Shown here piece after piece: positions 1 through 12,000 of a DNA stretch of 26,836 nt. The notes beneath the pieces were generated by a model. The model made no database searches, was not told the origin of the DNA, and saw only the letters and a list, made by a program, of their open reading frames with translations. How positions within the stretch are numbered: position 1 is the first letter of the stretch; each line of letters opens with the position of its first letter. This DNA is from Chiloscyllium plagiosum (Eukaryota), in contig NC_057755.1 of assembly GCF_004010195.1 (NCBI RefSeq), positions 2,643,246-2,670,081 of the forward strand. Direction: 5' to 3'. A program made the position numbers and the translations under genes.

Positions 1-134
1 TTGGATAAATGGGAAAAGGTTTGGAGGGATATGGACGTGGAGCAGGCGGTGGAACGAGTTTCGTTTGGGATTATGGCTAGCATGGACTCATTGGGTCAAA
101 GGCTCTGTTTCCATCCTGGATGACTTTATGACTC
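1..134 (+). mobile_element. CR1-type LINE, 3' UTR/terminus fragment
   Basis: Ends ...CATGGACTCATTGGGTCAAAGGCTCTGTTTCCATCCTGGATGACTTTATGACTC, a decayed CR1 3' tail with the (TATGACTC)n terminal repeat. It resembles the reverse complement of the tails at 565 and 26318. Confidence 0.75.
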
Positions 135-220
135 ACATTCCCTTTAAACCTCCTAATCCCTTTCCTTCAATATCTGCACCTCCTTCCAGTCATTAACGGA
201 TCCTTCCATCAAGGGGAAAA

Positions 221-508
221 TTTAGATTAGATTCCCTACAGTGTGGAAACAGGCCCTTCAGCCCAAACCGACCCTCCAAAGAGTAACCCACCCAGACCAT
301 TTCCCTCTGACTAATGCACCTAACACTATGGGCAATTTAGCATGCCCAATTCACCGGACCTGCACATGTTTTGGACTGTGGGAGGAAACCCACACAGACA
401 CAGGGAGAATGCGCAAACTCCACACAGGCAGTCACCGGAAGCTGGAATTAAACCTGAGACCCTGGTGATGTGAGGCAGCAGTGCTAACCATTGAGCCACC
501 GCGTGACC
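221..508 (-). mobile_element. HE1-type V-SINE (tRNA-derived)
   Basis: The minus strand reads a tRNA-like head GGTGGCTCAATGGTTAGCACTGCTGCCTCAC, the V-domain TGTGTGGAGTTTGCGCATTCTCCC...GGGTTTCCTCCCACAGTCC, and a CR1-like tail AAGGGCCTGTTTCCACACTGTAGGGAATCTAATCTAA. Homologous to 4449-4768. Confidence 0.88.
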
Positions 509-564
509 TTTTCCTTCCTGTCTACCTGAATAATGCCTCTCATTATTTTGTATATCTCAGCATT

Positions 565-1232
565 GTCATACAGTTATAGAGATGTACAGCACGGAATCAG
601 ACCCTTTAGTTCAACTGATGACCAGATATCCGAAATGAATCTAGTCCCATTTCCAGTACTTGGGCCATATCCCTCTAAACCCTTCCTATTCATTTATGCA
701 TCCATATGCCTTTTAAATGTTGTAATAGGACCAGCCTCCACCACTTCCTCCGGCAGTTCATTCCATACACGCACCACCCTCTGTGTGAAAACATTGCCCC
801 TGAGATATTTATATCTTTTATATCTTTCCCCTCTAAACACTAAACCTATACCCTCTAGTTCTGGACTCCCCCACCCCCCAAAAATACCTTGTCTTATTTT
901 CTATCCATGCCCCTCATGAATTTATAAACCTCTATATGGTCACTCCACAGCCTCCGATGCTCCAGGGAAAGCAGCCCCAACCCATTCAGCCTCTCCCTGT
1001 AGTTCAAACCCTCCAACCCTGGCAACATCCTTGTAAGTCTTTTCTGAACCCGTTCAAGTTTTACAACATCCTTTCAGTCGGAGGCAGAGTAGAATTGCAA
1101 CACAATATTCTGACAGTGGCCTAACCAATGTCCTGTACAGCCACAACGTGACCTCCCAACTCCTATACTCAGTGTTCTGACCAATAAAGCATACCAAACA
1201 CCTTCTTCAATATCCTACTTACCTGTGACTCC
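565..1232 (-). mobile_element. CR1-type LINE, 5'-truncated (ORF2 C-terminus plus 3' UTR)
   Basis: Colinear and highly similar to 26318-26836 (for example CCTCCACCACTTCC..GGCA..TCATT.CATACAC..ACCACCCTCTG.GTGAAAA and GCTCCAGGGAAA.CAGCCCCA). The tail repeat lies at the left end. Confidence 0.9.
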
Positions 1233-2170
1233 CCTCTCAATCTTCTGTGGTCTAAGGACAATGACCCAATCTTTTCAATCTCTCTTCATAACTGAAACTC
1301 TCCAGCTCAGGCAACATCCTTGCAAGTCTCTTGTACATCCTCTCCTGTTCTATCACATCCATCCTATAATGTGGATTCCAAAAATGCACATAACAATGTC
1401 ACTGTCCCCAAACCAATGTTTTATCCAGTTCCAATGTAACCTCCCAGCTCAAACTCTGTGCTCAACAAGTGAAGGCAATATCCCATCAGTTTACCACTTG
1501 ACCTGGTGCTTAAATGACCTGTGAACATGCGCATCAAGGTCCCTCTGATCTTCAGTGTTTCCCAGTGTCCCATAATTCTTCATGGATTCCCTGACCATAT
1601 TGGATCTCCTGCAACCTAAGTCTACTTAGCACCACACTAGTTTGCATATCGTCCAGGAACTCATTGATCAATCCTCCTACATTCAAGTCAAAATTATTTC
1701 CATAAACCCAGAAACAGCGAGGGCCCCCAATACTGGTCCCTGCAAGATGCCACTGGGCACAAGCTTCCCGTGACAGAAACACATCTCAATCCCTGTCACC
1801 CTCTGCTTCCTGCCACTCAGCCAACTGGGGATCCAATTTGCCAAATTCCCTTGGAACCCAAGGGGCCTTATTTTGCAATCAGTCTCCGATGCGGGACCTT
1901 ATCAAAAGCCCCACTGACGTCCAAGTAAAAGACACCAAATGAATTGCTGCCATCTGCACGTCTGGTCACCTCTTTGAAAAGGTCAATTATGTTGGTCAGA
2001 CATGACCTCGCTTTAATAAAACTGCCCCGACTGTTCTTGATTAATCCCTGCCTGCTCCAAGTGCAAATTAATTCTGTCCCTGAGTATTGATTCCAATAGT
2101 TTCCCCACCATGGCGGTTAGACTGATTGGCCTGTCGTTTTCTGGTTTCTCCCTCCTCCCTTCTTGAAGAA
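1233..2170 (-). mobile_element. Older, decayed CR1 LINE ORF2 (reverse transcriptase region)
   Basis: The minus strand near 2170-2050 translates, with a frameshift, as FKKGG..KPENDRPISLTAMVGKLLESILRDRINLHLEQ, the CR1 RT N-terminal motif. Further degenerate RT segments follow, with many stops and frameshifts. Confidence 0.8.
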
Positions 2171-2234
2171 CTTGTCACGTTGGCTGTTTTTAATTGATGT
2201 CTGCAGCCAGGTGTTAGGCCTCTCATTCAGACTG

Positions 2235-2356
2235 GGGAAGGTAGAAAGGGTCAGTGGCAATGTTTTTACCTCTGAGCCAGGAGATCCAGGTCCAAGTCCC
2301 ACCTGTTCCAGAGGAGTACAGTACCATCATTGATCAGGTTGGTTCAGAAAATATCT
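2235..2356 (+). mobile_element. Short tRNA-derived SINE, decayed
   Basis: CAGTGGCAATGTTTTTACCTCTGAGCCAGGAGATCCAGGTCCAAGTCCCACC has A/B-box-like spacing. It aligns with the reverse complement of 22012-22125 (TACTTCTGAGCCAGAAGG..GATTCAAGCTCCACC...GAACAGGTT). Confidence 0.55.
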
Positions 2357-3124
2357 CCAAGCTGTGTTTGATACACCTGGAATTGTCTGCTTTCTCTCCT
2401 GATGAGAAAATCCGAAGGACTGAGTTAATCCTGAATAGACATTCTGACAGCACCTCTACACCTGAATGTCACTGCGTTTTATCAATCTAATGACACATAT
2501 CCCTTCCATCCGAACCTCTTTTGGGAGTTTTACAGCATTCACTTTATCCCCATTTAGCAAGTCCATGGAGTCAGACAGCAATTGCAAATGATTTGTTGGA
2601 TCATCTTGTGTACAATCTCTTGCATCGACAGGATTAGTCTGTTTGGGTGCCTGCTTTTATAAAGCGTCTTCAAGCAACAAGTGACGATAGATTCAGAATG
2701 GTTTTGCTCCAATCCATGGTTAAGATACGTTCTCATGTTATTTTTGACTGATTTGTTTTCAAAATCCCAACCTCCTAAAATGGGGACTGGCCTCCGTCTC
2801 AAATTATGACACCAGAGCGATTTGGGGACCCTGACGAAATGATCAGGGAATTGTACCTGTACCTTTCCACCGTCTGGAGCCTGTCCCACCAGACAGTGCT
2901 CCTCAATACCTCAGAACGTACCCCCAGCCCTCAGTGTGTTACTGCCAAAGATCCTCAGACACCACCTCCACAAAAAACGTTCACACCGTCAACACCTCCG
3001 AAAGCAATCTTACTGCTCTCGAAAAACTGTGCTCCTCCGAAGCTTCTTCTCACTGTGATGACCCACAGCTACTCTAGGATTGGAACCCAGGGCCCAGAAC
3101 AATTCCTTGAGTCTCTGGATTAAT

Positions 3125-3990
3125 TACAGAATCCCTACAATATGGAAGTAGGCCATTCGGCCCATAAGGTCCACACTGACCCTCTGAAGGGAATCCCACA
3201 CCCTGCTCTATCCCTGTAACCCTTCATTTCCAAAGGCGAACCCACCTCACCTGCACATTCCTGAGCAATGTCAGTAATTTAACATGGCCAATCCACACAA
3301 ACCTGCATATCCCTGAACACTGTTGGTAATTTAACATGGCCAAACGACCCTGACCTGCACATCCCTGAACACTGTGGGGAATTTAACATGGCCAATCCAC
3401 CGTGACCTGGACATCCCTGAACACTGTGGGTAATTTAACATGGCCAATCGACCCTGACCTGCACATCCCTGAACACTGTGGGTAATTTAACACGGCCAAT
3501 CCACGGAACCTGCACATCCCTGAGCACTGTGGGGAATTTATCATGGCCAATCCACCCTAACCTGCACATCCCTGAACACTGTAGGGAATTTAACATGGCC
3601 AATCCACCCTAACCTGCACAGCCCTGAACAATGTGGATAGTTTAACATGGCCAATCGACCCTGACCTAGACATCGCTGAACACTGTGGGTAATTCAGCAT
3701 GGCCAGTCCACCCTGACCTGCACATCCCGTAACACTGTGGGTAATTTAATATGGCCAATCCACCCTGACCTGCACATCCCTGAACACTGTGGGTAATTTA
3801 ACATGGCCAATCCAACCTTACGTACACATCCCTAAACACTGAGGGTAATTTAACATGGCCAATCAACCCTGACCTGCACAGCATTGGACTGTAGGAGGAA
3901 ACCGGTGCACCCGGAGCATACCCATGCAGTCACGGGTAGAATGTACAAACTCCACACAGACAGTCCTCTTGGTGGTGTGAGCCACCGTGA
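3125..3990 (-). mobile_element. HE1-type V-SINE containing an internal tandem expansion; tRNA head largely deleted
   Basis: Tail at 3125-3250 (AATCCCTACAATATGGAAGTAGGCCATTCGGCCC), V-domain at 3874-3965 (TTGGACTGTAGGAGGAAACC...CAAACTCCACACAGACAGTC) and head remnant TGAGCCACCGTG. Aligns with the SINE at 221-508. Confidence 0.82.
3251..3880. repeat. 52-bp minisatellite, ~12 copies
   Basis: Unit CTGCACATCCCTGAACACTGTGGGTAATTTAACATGGCCAATCCACCCTGAC, starting at 3251, 3303, 3355 ... 3874. Confidence 0.95.
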
Positions 3991-4274
3991 AAACCCCAAG
4001 ATCTCCTCCCCATTGTTAAATGTTTGAGGTTTATTACCGGGGAGCGTCAAACTTGTCTAGTGTTTAGTTCAGAAAGAGTGGTGTCAAGGCCAATGCCCCC
4101 ATAAGCTCAAGATGCACCATCTCCCTCCAAAAAAGAATTTATATCCATTTCAAAAAGATACTTGATTCATAAGATATCTTTATGTACAAACATCGTCATG
4201 AAAGTACTTTGGTTGTGTATAGTCTTTGGAACAAAACACAAACACAACATTTTGAACTGTCATGGCCTTTCGTA

Positions 4275-4447
4275 CAAGTTGGTCATTTTGGGAGGTCGAA
4301 TAAGGCAAGGACGGGCACAATGATTGGTCAGTCCCTCGGGAGTACTGACGGTCAAAGGGACATTGGTGTACAAGTCCATAGACCCTGAGGGTGCAGCACA
4401 GCTCAGCGGGCTGGGGAAGGAGCTACACGTGATACTGGTACCCCTTA
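4275..4447 (+). mobile_element. CR1 LINE ORF2 fragment
   Basis: Translates as HFGRSNKARTGTMIGQSLGSTDGQRDIGVQVHR, the CR1 post-RT motif HFGxxN...RDLGVxVH. Confidence 0.75.
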
Positions 4448-4448
4448 C

Positions 4449-4768
4449 GGACAGCACGGTGGCTCAGTGGTTAACACTGCTGCCTCAAAGCCCCATGGGA
4501 CCTGGGTTCGATTCCCGGCATCAGGTGGCTCTCTGTGTGGAGTTTGTACATTCTGCCCATGTCTACATGAGTTTCCTCTGAGTGCTCTGGTTTCCTCCCA
4601 ATCCCAGGCTGTGCTAAATTGTCCAGTGTGTTTAGGTTACGTGTGTTAGTCAGGGGGTAGATGTAGAGTAGTAAGGGAATAGGTCGGTGTGGGTTACCCT
4701 TCATAGGGTTGGTATGGCCTTGTCAGGCCAAAGGGCCTGTTTCTACACAGTAGCGATTGTATAAGATT
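4449..4768 (+). mobile_element. HE1-type V-SINE
   Basis: A box GGTGGCTCAGTGG, B box GGTTCGATTCCC, V-domain TGTGTGGAGTTTGTACATTCT...GGTTTCCTCCCA, and tail AAGGGCCTGTTTCTACACAGTAG. Confidence 0.9.
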
Positions 4769-5043
4769 TTCTTGGCTGATTACCTGAAGCATTAAATCTG
4801 AGCTGTTCCTTCTTAATTAACATCATAAAGTTAAATTATATGGAGCTTTGTGAATAGCCGAGTGCCTGTATTCTGTGTCTGTTCTGCCCTGCACTCCTCT
4901 CTCCGAATACAGTATCTTACAAAGCCACAAACCTGTTTTTCAACTTCCAGCTAAAACAGCATCAGGGCCATTGAAAACCTGCTGCATTGCTCAGTTACAC
5001 TTGAATGACTGGGTCCGATCAAATGCTCAAGCAAGCAAGCACA

Positions 5044-5345
5044 CAGCTTGCTGGAGAATCTCAGCAGATCTGGCAGCTTCGGTCATGAGAGAGAAACAAT
5101 TAGCATTTCAAGTGACCCTTCCTCAAACCGGTCTGTTCTGAAAGAACGTTCCTGAAGAAGGTCACCGGACTTGAGTCATGAACTCTCTCTCTCTCTCTGT
5201 CCATTTCTCCCTGTGTCTCTCTCGCTCTCTCTCTTTCTGTCTCTTTCTCTCTCTCCCTTCACACAGATGCTGCCGGACATGCTCAGTTTCTCCAGCAATC
5301 TGTATTTATTTGTTTCAGGTCTCCAGCGCCAACAGGTATTTGGTT
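5044..5345. mobile_element. Inverted-repeat (MITE-like) element, probably derived from a Penelope-like terminal repeat
   Basis: 5044-5082 (CAGCTTGCTGGAGAATCTCAGCAGATCTGGCAGC) is an imperfect reverse complement of 5264-5302. The inner arms at 5107-5128 and 5148-5175 also pair. The arms resemble the Penelope terminus at 24935-24965 (CAGCAGGTCAGGCAGCATC). Confidence 0.7.
5183..5260. repeat. Imperfect (CT)n microsatellite
   Basis: Direct reading; it lies in the right arm of the inverted element. Confidence 0.9.
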
Positions 5346-5399
5346 TATTTTCGTGTTGAATTCTCAAGCTTGATCTATTAAAGGGATTGAATTCATACA

Positions 5400-5640
5400 G
5401 CAGGGGTCAGTTAGCTCAGCTAGCTGGCTCCTGATGGCAACACTGAGGTGTCAATTTCAATCATGTCTGAATTGACCATTAAGATCCCAACTATTCAACC
5501 TCAGCTGAGGTGTGTGATCCACCAATCATCTCTCCCTCTCCCCTCTCTCTTTCCTCTCTCTCTTCTCTCTCACTCTCTCCTCCCTCTCCTCTCTCTCTCT
5601 TTCTCGCTCCCTCTCTCTGATGAGACAATAGCTCTTGGGT
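5400..5640 (+). mobile_element. tRNA-derived SINE (second family), decayed, with a CT expansion
   Basis: Begins CAGGGGTCAGTTAGCTCAGCTAGCTGG and ends CTCTCTGATGAGAC. It shares head and tail with 25612-25730 (CAGGGTGTCAGTTAGTACAGTTGGCTAG...CTCTCTCGATGAGAG). Confidence 0.6.
5529..5618. repeat. Imperfect (CT)n / polypyrimidine tract
   Basis: Direct reading. Confidence 0.9.
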
Positions 5641-6042
5641 AGTTTCGGTCAACAGTAACTTTCTAATTTAAAGGGACACTCCAGTAAGAAGAGAGTTTTC
5701 TGCATGATTCAGGTAAAACTCCAGGATCTCCCTGTCGAAGATCACTATGGGCCACCCCAGGACAGCAGCAGGACAGGACAGCGCACTCCCACCTTCTTTA
5801 CAACAATGAGAGCGTGTAGTTACTATTCACTCGCCAAATTTGAAATTAACTGTAACACAAGGTCACACTGGGTGGTCACAAAGACTGTTCCTGTACCTCA
5901 GTTAAAATCGTCATAACAGATAAGCCAGGGTTGGTTTGAAAATGACAGGGATAGCATTTTGAGGGTTTGTGTTTATGTGAGATCGCATCTACTGTCTGAA
6001 TGTTGGAATTCACGGGTCAGCGGGTTGGAGCCGGATTGAAAT

Positions 6043-9000
6043 GTCAGAGGGTTGGTACTGAGGGAGAGCCGCATTGTCAAATAGTCAGTACTGAGGGAAT
6101 GCTGCACTGTCAGAGGGTCAGTACTGAGGCAGTGCCGCACTGTCAGAGGGTGAGTACTGAGGGAGTGTCACAGTGTCAGAGGGTCAGTACTGAGGCAGAG
6201 CTGTACTGTCCCAGGGTCAGTACTGAGGGAATGCAGTACTGAGGAAATGCTGCACTGTCAGAAGGTCAGCACTGAGGGAGTGCCACACTGTCAGAGAGTC
6301 AGTACCAAGGGCGTGCCTCACTGTCATAGGGTCAGTACTGAGGGTTTGCCGCACTGTCAGAGGATCAGTACTGTGGGACTGCTGAACTGTCAGAGGGTCA
6401 GTACTGAGGGAGTGCCGCACTGTCAGAGGGTGAGTACTGAGTAAGTGCCGCACTGCCAGAGGGTCAGGACTGAGTGAGTGCTGTACTGTCAGAAGGTCAG
6501 TAGTGAGACATTGCCGCTTTGTCAGAGGGTCAGTACTGAGGGAGTACCGCACTGTCAAAGGGTCTGTACTGAGGGAGTGCTGCACTGTCAGAGGGTCTGT
6601 ACTGAGGGAACGCCGCTCTGTCAGAGGGTCAGTGCTGAAGGAGAGCCGCACTGTCAGAGGGTCAGTACTGAAGGAGTGTCGCACTGTCAGACGGTCAGTA
6701 CTGAGGGAGTGCCTCACTGTCAGAGGGTCACTATTGAGAGAATACTGAACTGTCAGAGGGTCAGTATTGAGGGAGTGCTGAACTGTCGGAGGGTCACTAC
6801 TGAGGGAGTGCTGCACTGTCAGATGATCAGTCCTGAGGGAGTGCTGCACAGTCAGGGGGTCAAGTAGTGAGGGTTTGCTGCACTGTCAGTGGATCAGTAT
6901 TGAGGAAGCGCTGCACTGTTAGAGGGTCAGTACTGCGGAAGTGCAGCACGGTCAGATGGTCAGGACTGAGGGAGTGCTGCACTGTCAGAACGCCAGTACT
7001 GGGAGTGTTGTACTGTTCTTGGGTCAGTACTGAGTGAGTGCTGTACTGTCAGAGGATCAGTAGTGAGGGAGTGCCGAACTGTCAAAAGTTCAATGCTTAG
7101 GGAGTGCTGCACTGTCAGAGGATCAGTACTGAGCGAGGGCCGCAGTGTAAGTTGGTCAGGACTGAGGGAGTGCCGCGTTGTCAGAGGGTCATTACTGAGG
7201 GAGCGCCGCACTGTCAGAGGGTCAGCACTAATGGAGTGCTGTACTGTCAGATAGTCAGTACTGAGGGAACGCCACTCTGTCAGAGGGTCAGTACTGAGGG
7301 AGTGCTGCAGTATCAGAGGGTCAGTACTGAAGGAGTGCCGCACTATCAGAGGGTCAGTACTGATGGAGTACTGCACTGTCAGAGCGTCTGTACTGAGGGA
7401 ATGCCGCTCTGTCAGAGGGTCAGTACTGAGGGAGTGTTGCACTGTCAGCGGTTCAGTGATGAGGGAGTGCCGCACTGTCAGAGGGTAATTACTGAAGGAG
7501 TGCTGCACTGGCAGAGGGTAGTCACTGAGGGAATGCTGCACTGTCAGAGGGTCAGTAATGACTGGGTGCGGCACTGTCAGAGGGTCAGTATTGGTGGAGT
7601 GCTGTACTATCAGTGCGTCAGTACTGAGGGACTGCTGTACTGTCAGGGGGTCAGTACTGAGGGTGTGCCGATCTGTCGAATGGTCAGTACTGAGGTAGTG
7701 CCTCACTCTCAAAGGGTCAGTCCTGAGGGAGTGCAGAACTGACGAAGAGTCAGTACTGAGAGAGCTCCGCACATTCAGAGGGTCAGTACTGAGGGAGTGC
7801 TGAACTGTCAGAGGGTCAATACTGAGGGAATGCAGTACTGAAGGATTGATGCACTGTCGGATGTTCAATACTGAGATAATGCCGCAGTCTCCGAGGGTCA
7901 GTCCTGACGGAGTGCCGCACTGTCAGAGGATCAGTACTGAGTGCTGCACTGTCAGAAGGTCAGTAGTGAGGCATTGCCGCACTGTCAGAGGGTCAGTATT
8001 GAGAGAATGCTGAACTGTCAGAGGGTCAGTACTGAGGGAGTGCTGCACTGTCAGAGGGTGAGTACTGAGGGAGTGTTGCACTGTCAGATGGCCAGTACTG
8101 AGGGAGTGCCGCACTGTCAGATGGCCAGTACTGAGGGAGTGCTGCACTGTCAGAGGGTCAGTACTGAGGGAGTGCTGAACTTTCAGAGGGTCAGTACTGA
8201 GGGAGTGCTGCACTGTCAGAGGGTCAGTACTGAGGGAGTGTTGCACTGTCAGAGGGTCAGTATTGAGGGAGTGCCGCACTGTCATTGGGTCAGTACTGAG
8301 GGAGTGCTGCACTGTCAGAGGGTCTATACTGAGGGAACGCCGCTCTGTTAGAGAGTCAGTACTGATGGATTGCCGCACTGTCAAAGCGTCAGTACTGAAC
8401 GAGTGCCACACTGTCAAAGGGTCAGTACTGAGGGAGTGACGTACTGTCAGAGGGTCAGTATTGCGAGAATGCTGAACTGTCAGAGGGTCAGTACTGAGGG
8501 AGTGCTGCACTGTCAGAGGGTCAGAACTGAGGGAGTGTTGCACTGTCAGGGGGTCAGTACTGAGGGAGTGCCGCACTGTCAGATGGTCAGTACTGAGGGA
8601 GTGCTGCACTGTCAGAGGGTTAGTACTGAGGGAGTGCTGAACATTCAGAGGGTCAGTACTGAGGGAGTGCTGCACTGTTAGAGCGTCAGTACTGAAGGAG
8701 TGCCGCACTGTCATTGGGTCAGTACTGAGGGGGTGCCACACTGTCAGAGGGTCTGTACTGAGGGAGTGACACACTGTCAGAGAGTCAGTACTGAAGGAGT
8801 GAGGCACTGTCAGATGATCAGTACTGAGGGCACGCCGCTCTGTCAGAGGTTCAGTGCTCTGGGAGTTCTGCACTATCAGAGGGTCATTACCAAAGGAGTG
8901 CTGCACTATCAGAGGGTCAGTACTGAGGGAGTGCTGAACTTTCAGAGGGTCAGTACTGAGGGAGTGCTGCACTGTCGGAGTATCAGACTGAGGGAGCGCA

Positions 9001-12000
9001 GCACTGTCAGAGGATCAGTACTGAGAAAATGCACCACTGTCAGAGAGTCATTACTGAAGGAGTGAGACACTGTCAGAGGGTCAGTACTGTGGCAACGCTG
9101 CACGGTCCGTGGGTCAGTGCTGAGGGAGTGCCGCACTGTCACATGGTCTGTACTGAGGGAGTGCTGCACTGTCAGTGGGTCCGTACTGAGGGATGGCAGC
9201 ACGGTCAGATGGTCAGGACTGAGGGAGTGCTGCACTGTCAGAGGATCACTACTGAGGGAGTGCCACAGTGTCAGAACGCCAGTACTGTGGGAGTGCTGCA
9301 CAGTCAGAGGAGCAGTACTGAGGGATTGCCGCACTGCCACATAGTCAGTACTGAAGGTGTGAGAAAGTGTCAGAGGGTCAGTCCTGATGGAACGCCGCTC
9401 TATGAGAGGGTCAGTCACGAGGGCGTGCTGCACTGTCAGAGGTTCAGTACTGAGGGAGTGCCACACTGTCAGAGGGTCAGTACTGAAGGAGTGCTGAACT
9501 GTCGGAGGGTCAGTACTGAGGGAGTGCTGCACTGTCAGAGAGTCAGTACTGAGAGAGTGCCGCACTGTCAGAGGATCAGTACTGAGGGAGTGCTGCACTG
9601 TCATATGGTCAGTACTGATGGAGTGCTGAACTGTCGGAGGGTCATTACTGAGCGAGTGCTGCACTGTCAGGTGGTCAGTCCTGAGGGAGTGCTGCACTGT
9701 CAGAGGGTCAGTACTGAGCGAGTGCCGCGCTGTCAGACGGTCAGTAATGAGGGACTGCCGCAATGTCAGAAGGCCAGTACTGAGGGTATGCTGCATTGTC
9801 ATTGGGTCAGTACTGAGGGATTGCCACACTGTCAAAGTGTCAGTACTGAGGAACTGCCACACTGTCAGAGGGTCTGTACTGAGGCAGTGACACACTGTCA
9901 GAGAGTCAGTACTGAAGGAGTGAGTCGCTATTAGAGGATCAGTACTGAGGGAGTGCTGAACAATTAGCGGGTCAGTACTGAGGGAGTGCTACAATGTAAG
10001 AGGGTCAGTACTGAGGGAGTGCCGCACGGTCAGAGGATCAGTACTGAGGGAGTGACACACTGTCAGAGAGTCAGTACTGAAGGAGTGAGACACTGTCAGA
10101 GGATCAGTACTGAGTGAACGCCGCTCTGTCAGAGGTTCAGTGCTCTGGGAGTGCCGCTCTGTCAGAGGGTCATTACTGAAGATGTGCTGCACTGTCAGAG
10201 GGTCATTACTGAAGGAGTGTTGCACTGTCAGAGGGTCAGTACTGAGGGAGTGCTGCAGTGTCATTGGGTCAGTACTGAGGGAGTGCCGCACTGTCAGAGT
10301 ATCAGTACTGAGGGAGTGCAGCACTATCAGAGGATCAGTACTGAGGGAGTGCCGCACTGTCACATGGTCTGTACTGAGCGAGTGCTGCACTATCAGAGGG
10401 TCAGTACTGAGGGATGGCAGCACGGTCAGATGGTCAGGACTGAGAGAGTGCCACAGTGTCAGAATGGCAGTACTGAGGGAGTTCTGTACAGTCAGAAGCT
10501 CAGTCGCGAGGGAGTGCCACACTGTCAGATGGTCAGTACTGAGGTTTTGCCGCACTGTCAGAGGGTCAGTACTGAGGAAGTGCCGCAGTGTCGGAGGGTC
10601 AGTACTGAGGGAGTGCAGCACTATCAGAGGGTCAGTTCTGAGGGAGTGTCGCACTATGGGAGGGTCAGTACTGAGGGAGTGCTGCACTGCCAGAAGGTCA
10701 GTACTGAGGAAGTGCTGCACTGTCGGAGGCTTAGTACTGAGAGAGTGCTGCACTGTCAGAGGGTCAGTACTGAGGGAGTGCTGCACTGTCAGAGGGTCAG
10801 TACAGAGGGAGTGCCGCAATGTTGGATGGTCAATACTGAGGGAGTGCTGCACTGTCGGAGGGTCAGTACAGAGAGAGTGCCACACTGTCAGAGTGTTAGT
10901 ACTGAGGGTGAGCTGCACTGTCAGTGGATCAGTACTAAGGGACTGCTGTACTGTCAGAGGGCCAGTACAGATGGAGTGCTGCACTATCGGAGGGTCAGTA
11001 CTGGGGGAGTGCTGCACTGTCAGAGGGTCAGTAATGAGGGAGTGTGGCACTGTCGGAGGGTCAGTATTGAGAGAGTGCTACACTGTTGGAGGTTCAGTAC
11101 TGAGGGAGTGTCGCACTGTCAGAGGGTCAGTACTGATAGATTGCCGCACTATTGGAGGGTCAGGACTGAGGGAATGCTGCACTGTCAGAGGGTCAGTACT
11201 GAGAGAGTGCTGCACTGACAGAGGGTCAGTACTGAGCGAGTGCCGCACTGTCAGATTGTTACTATTGAGGCTGTGCTGCACTGTCAGTGGATCAGTACTA
11301 AGGGAGTGCTGCACTGTCAGAGGGTCAGTACTGAGGGAGTGCCGCACTGTCAGAGGGTTAGTACTGAGGGTGTGCTGCACTGTCAGATGTTCAGTACTGA
11401 GGGAGTGCTGCACTGTCAGAGGGTCAGTACTTAGGCAGTGTCGCACTGTCGGAGGGTCAGTACTGAGAGTGTGCTGCACTGTGGGAGGGTCAGTACTGAG
11501 TGAGTGCCTCACTGTGAGAGGGTCAGTACTGAGAGAGTGTCGCACTGTCGGAGAGTCAGTACTGAGAGATTGCTGCACTGTTAGAGGGTCAGTACTGAGG
11601 TAATGTCGCACTGTCGGAGGGTCAGTAAAGAGGGAGTGCTGCACTGTCGGAGGGTCATTACTGAGTGAGTGCCTCACTGTCAGAGGGTCAGTACTGAGGG
11701 AGAGTCGCACTGCCAGAGGGTCAGTACTGAGGGAGTGCTGCACTGTCTGAATCTTAGTAATGAGGGATTGCCGCACTCTCAGATGGTCAGTAATGAGATA
11801 GCGCTGCACGGTCAGAGGGTAAGTACTGAGAGAGTGCTGCCCAGACAGAGGGTCAGTACTGATGGAGCGCTGCACTGTCAAAGGGTCAGTACTGAGGGAG
11901 TGCTGCACTGTCAGAGGGTCAGTACTGTGGGAGTACTGCACTGTCGGAGGGTCAGTAGTGAGGGAGTGCTACACTGCCAGAGGGCCTTTAATGAGGGAGT

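Noticed and set aside
2554..3123. ORFs 2554..2889 (-) and 2806..3123 (+), and a TATAAA motif near 2657
   Set aside because: No recognisable family or convincing splice sites; a lone TATA-like hexamer is expected by chance.
4449..4520. tRNA gene
   Set aside because: The A/B boxes belong to a SINE head and run directly into the V-domain and LINE-like tail; there is no complete cloverleaf.
5668..5826. Protein-like minus-strand frame ...PAAVLGWPIVIFDREILEFYLNHAENSLLTGVSL*
   Set aside because: It is closed by an upstream in-frame stop, has only a weak acceptor and no ATG, and I recognise no homolog.
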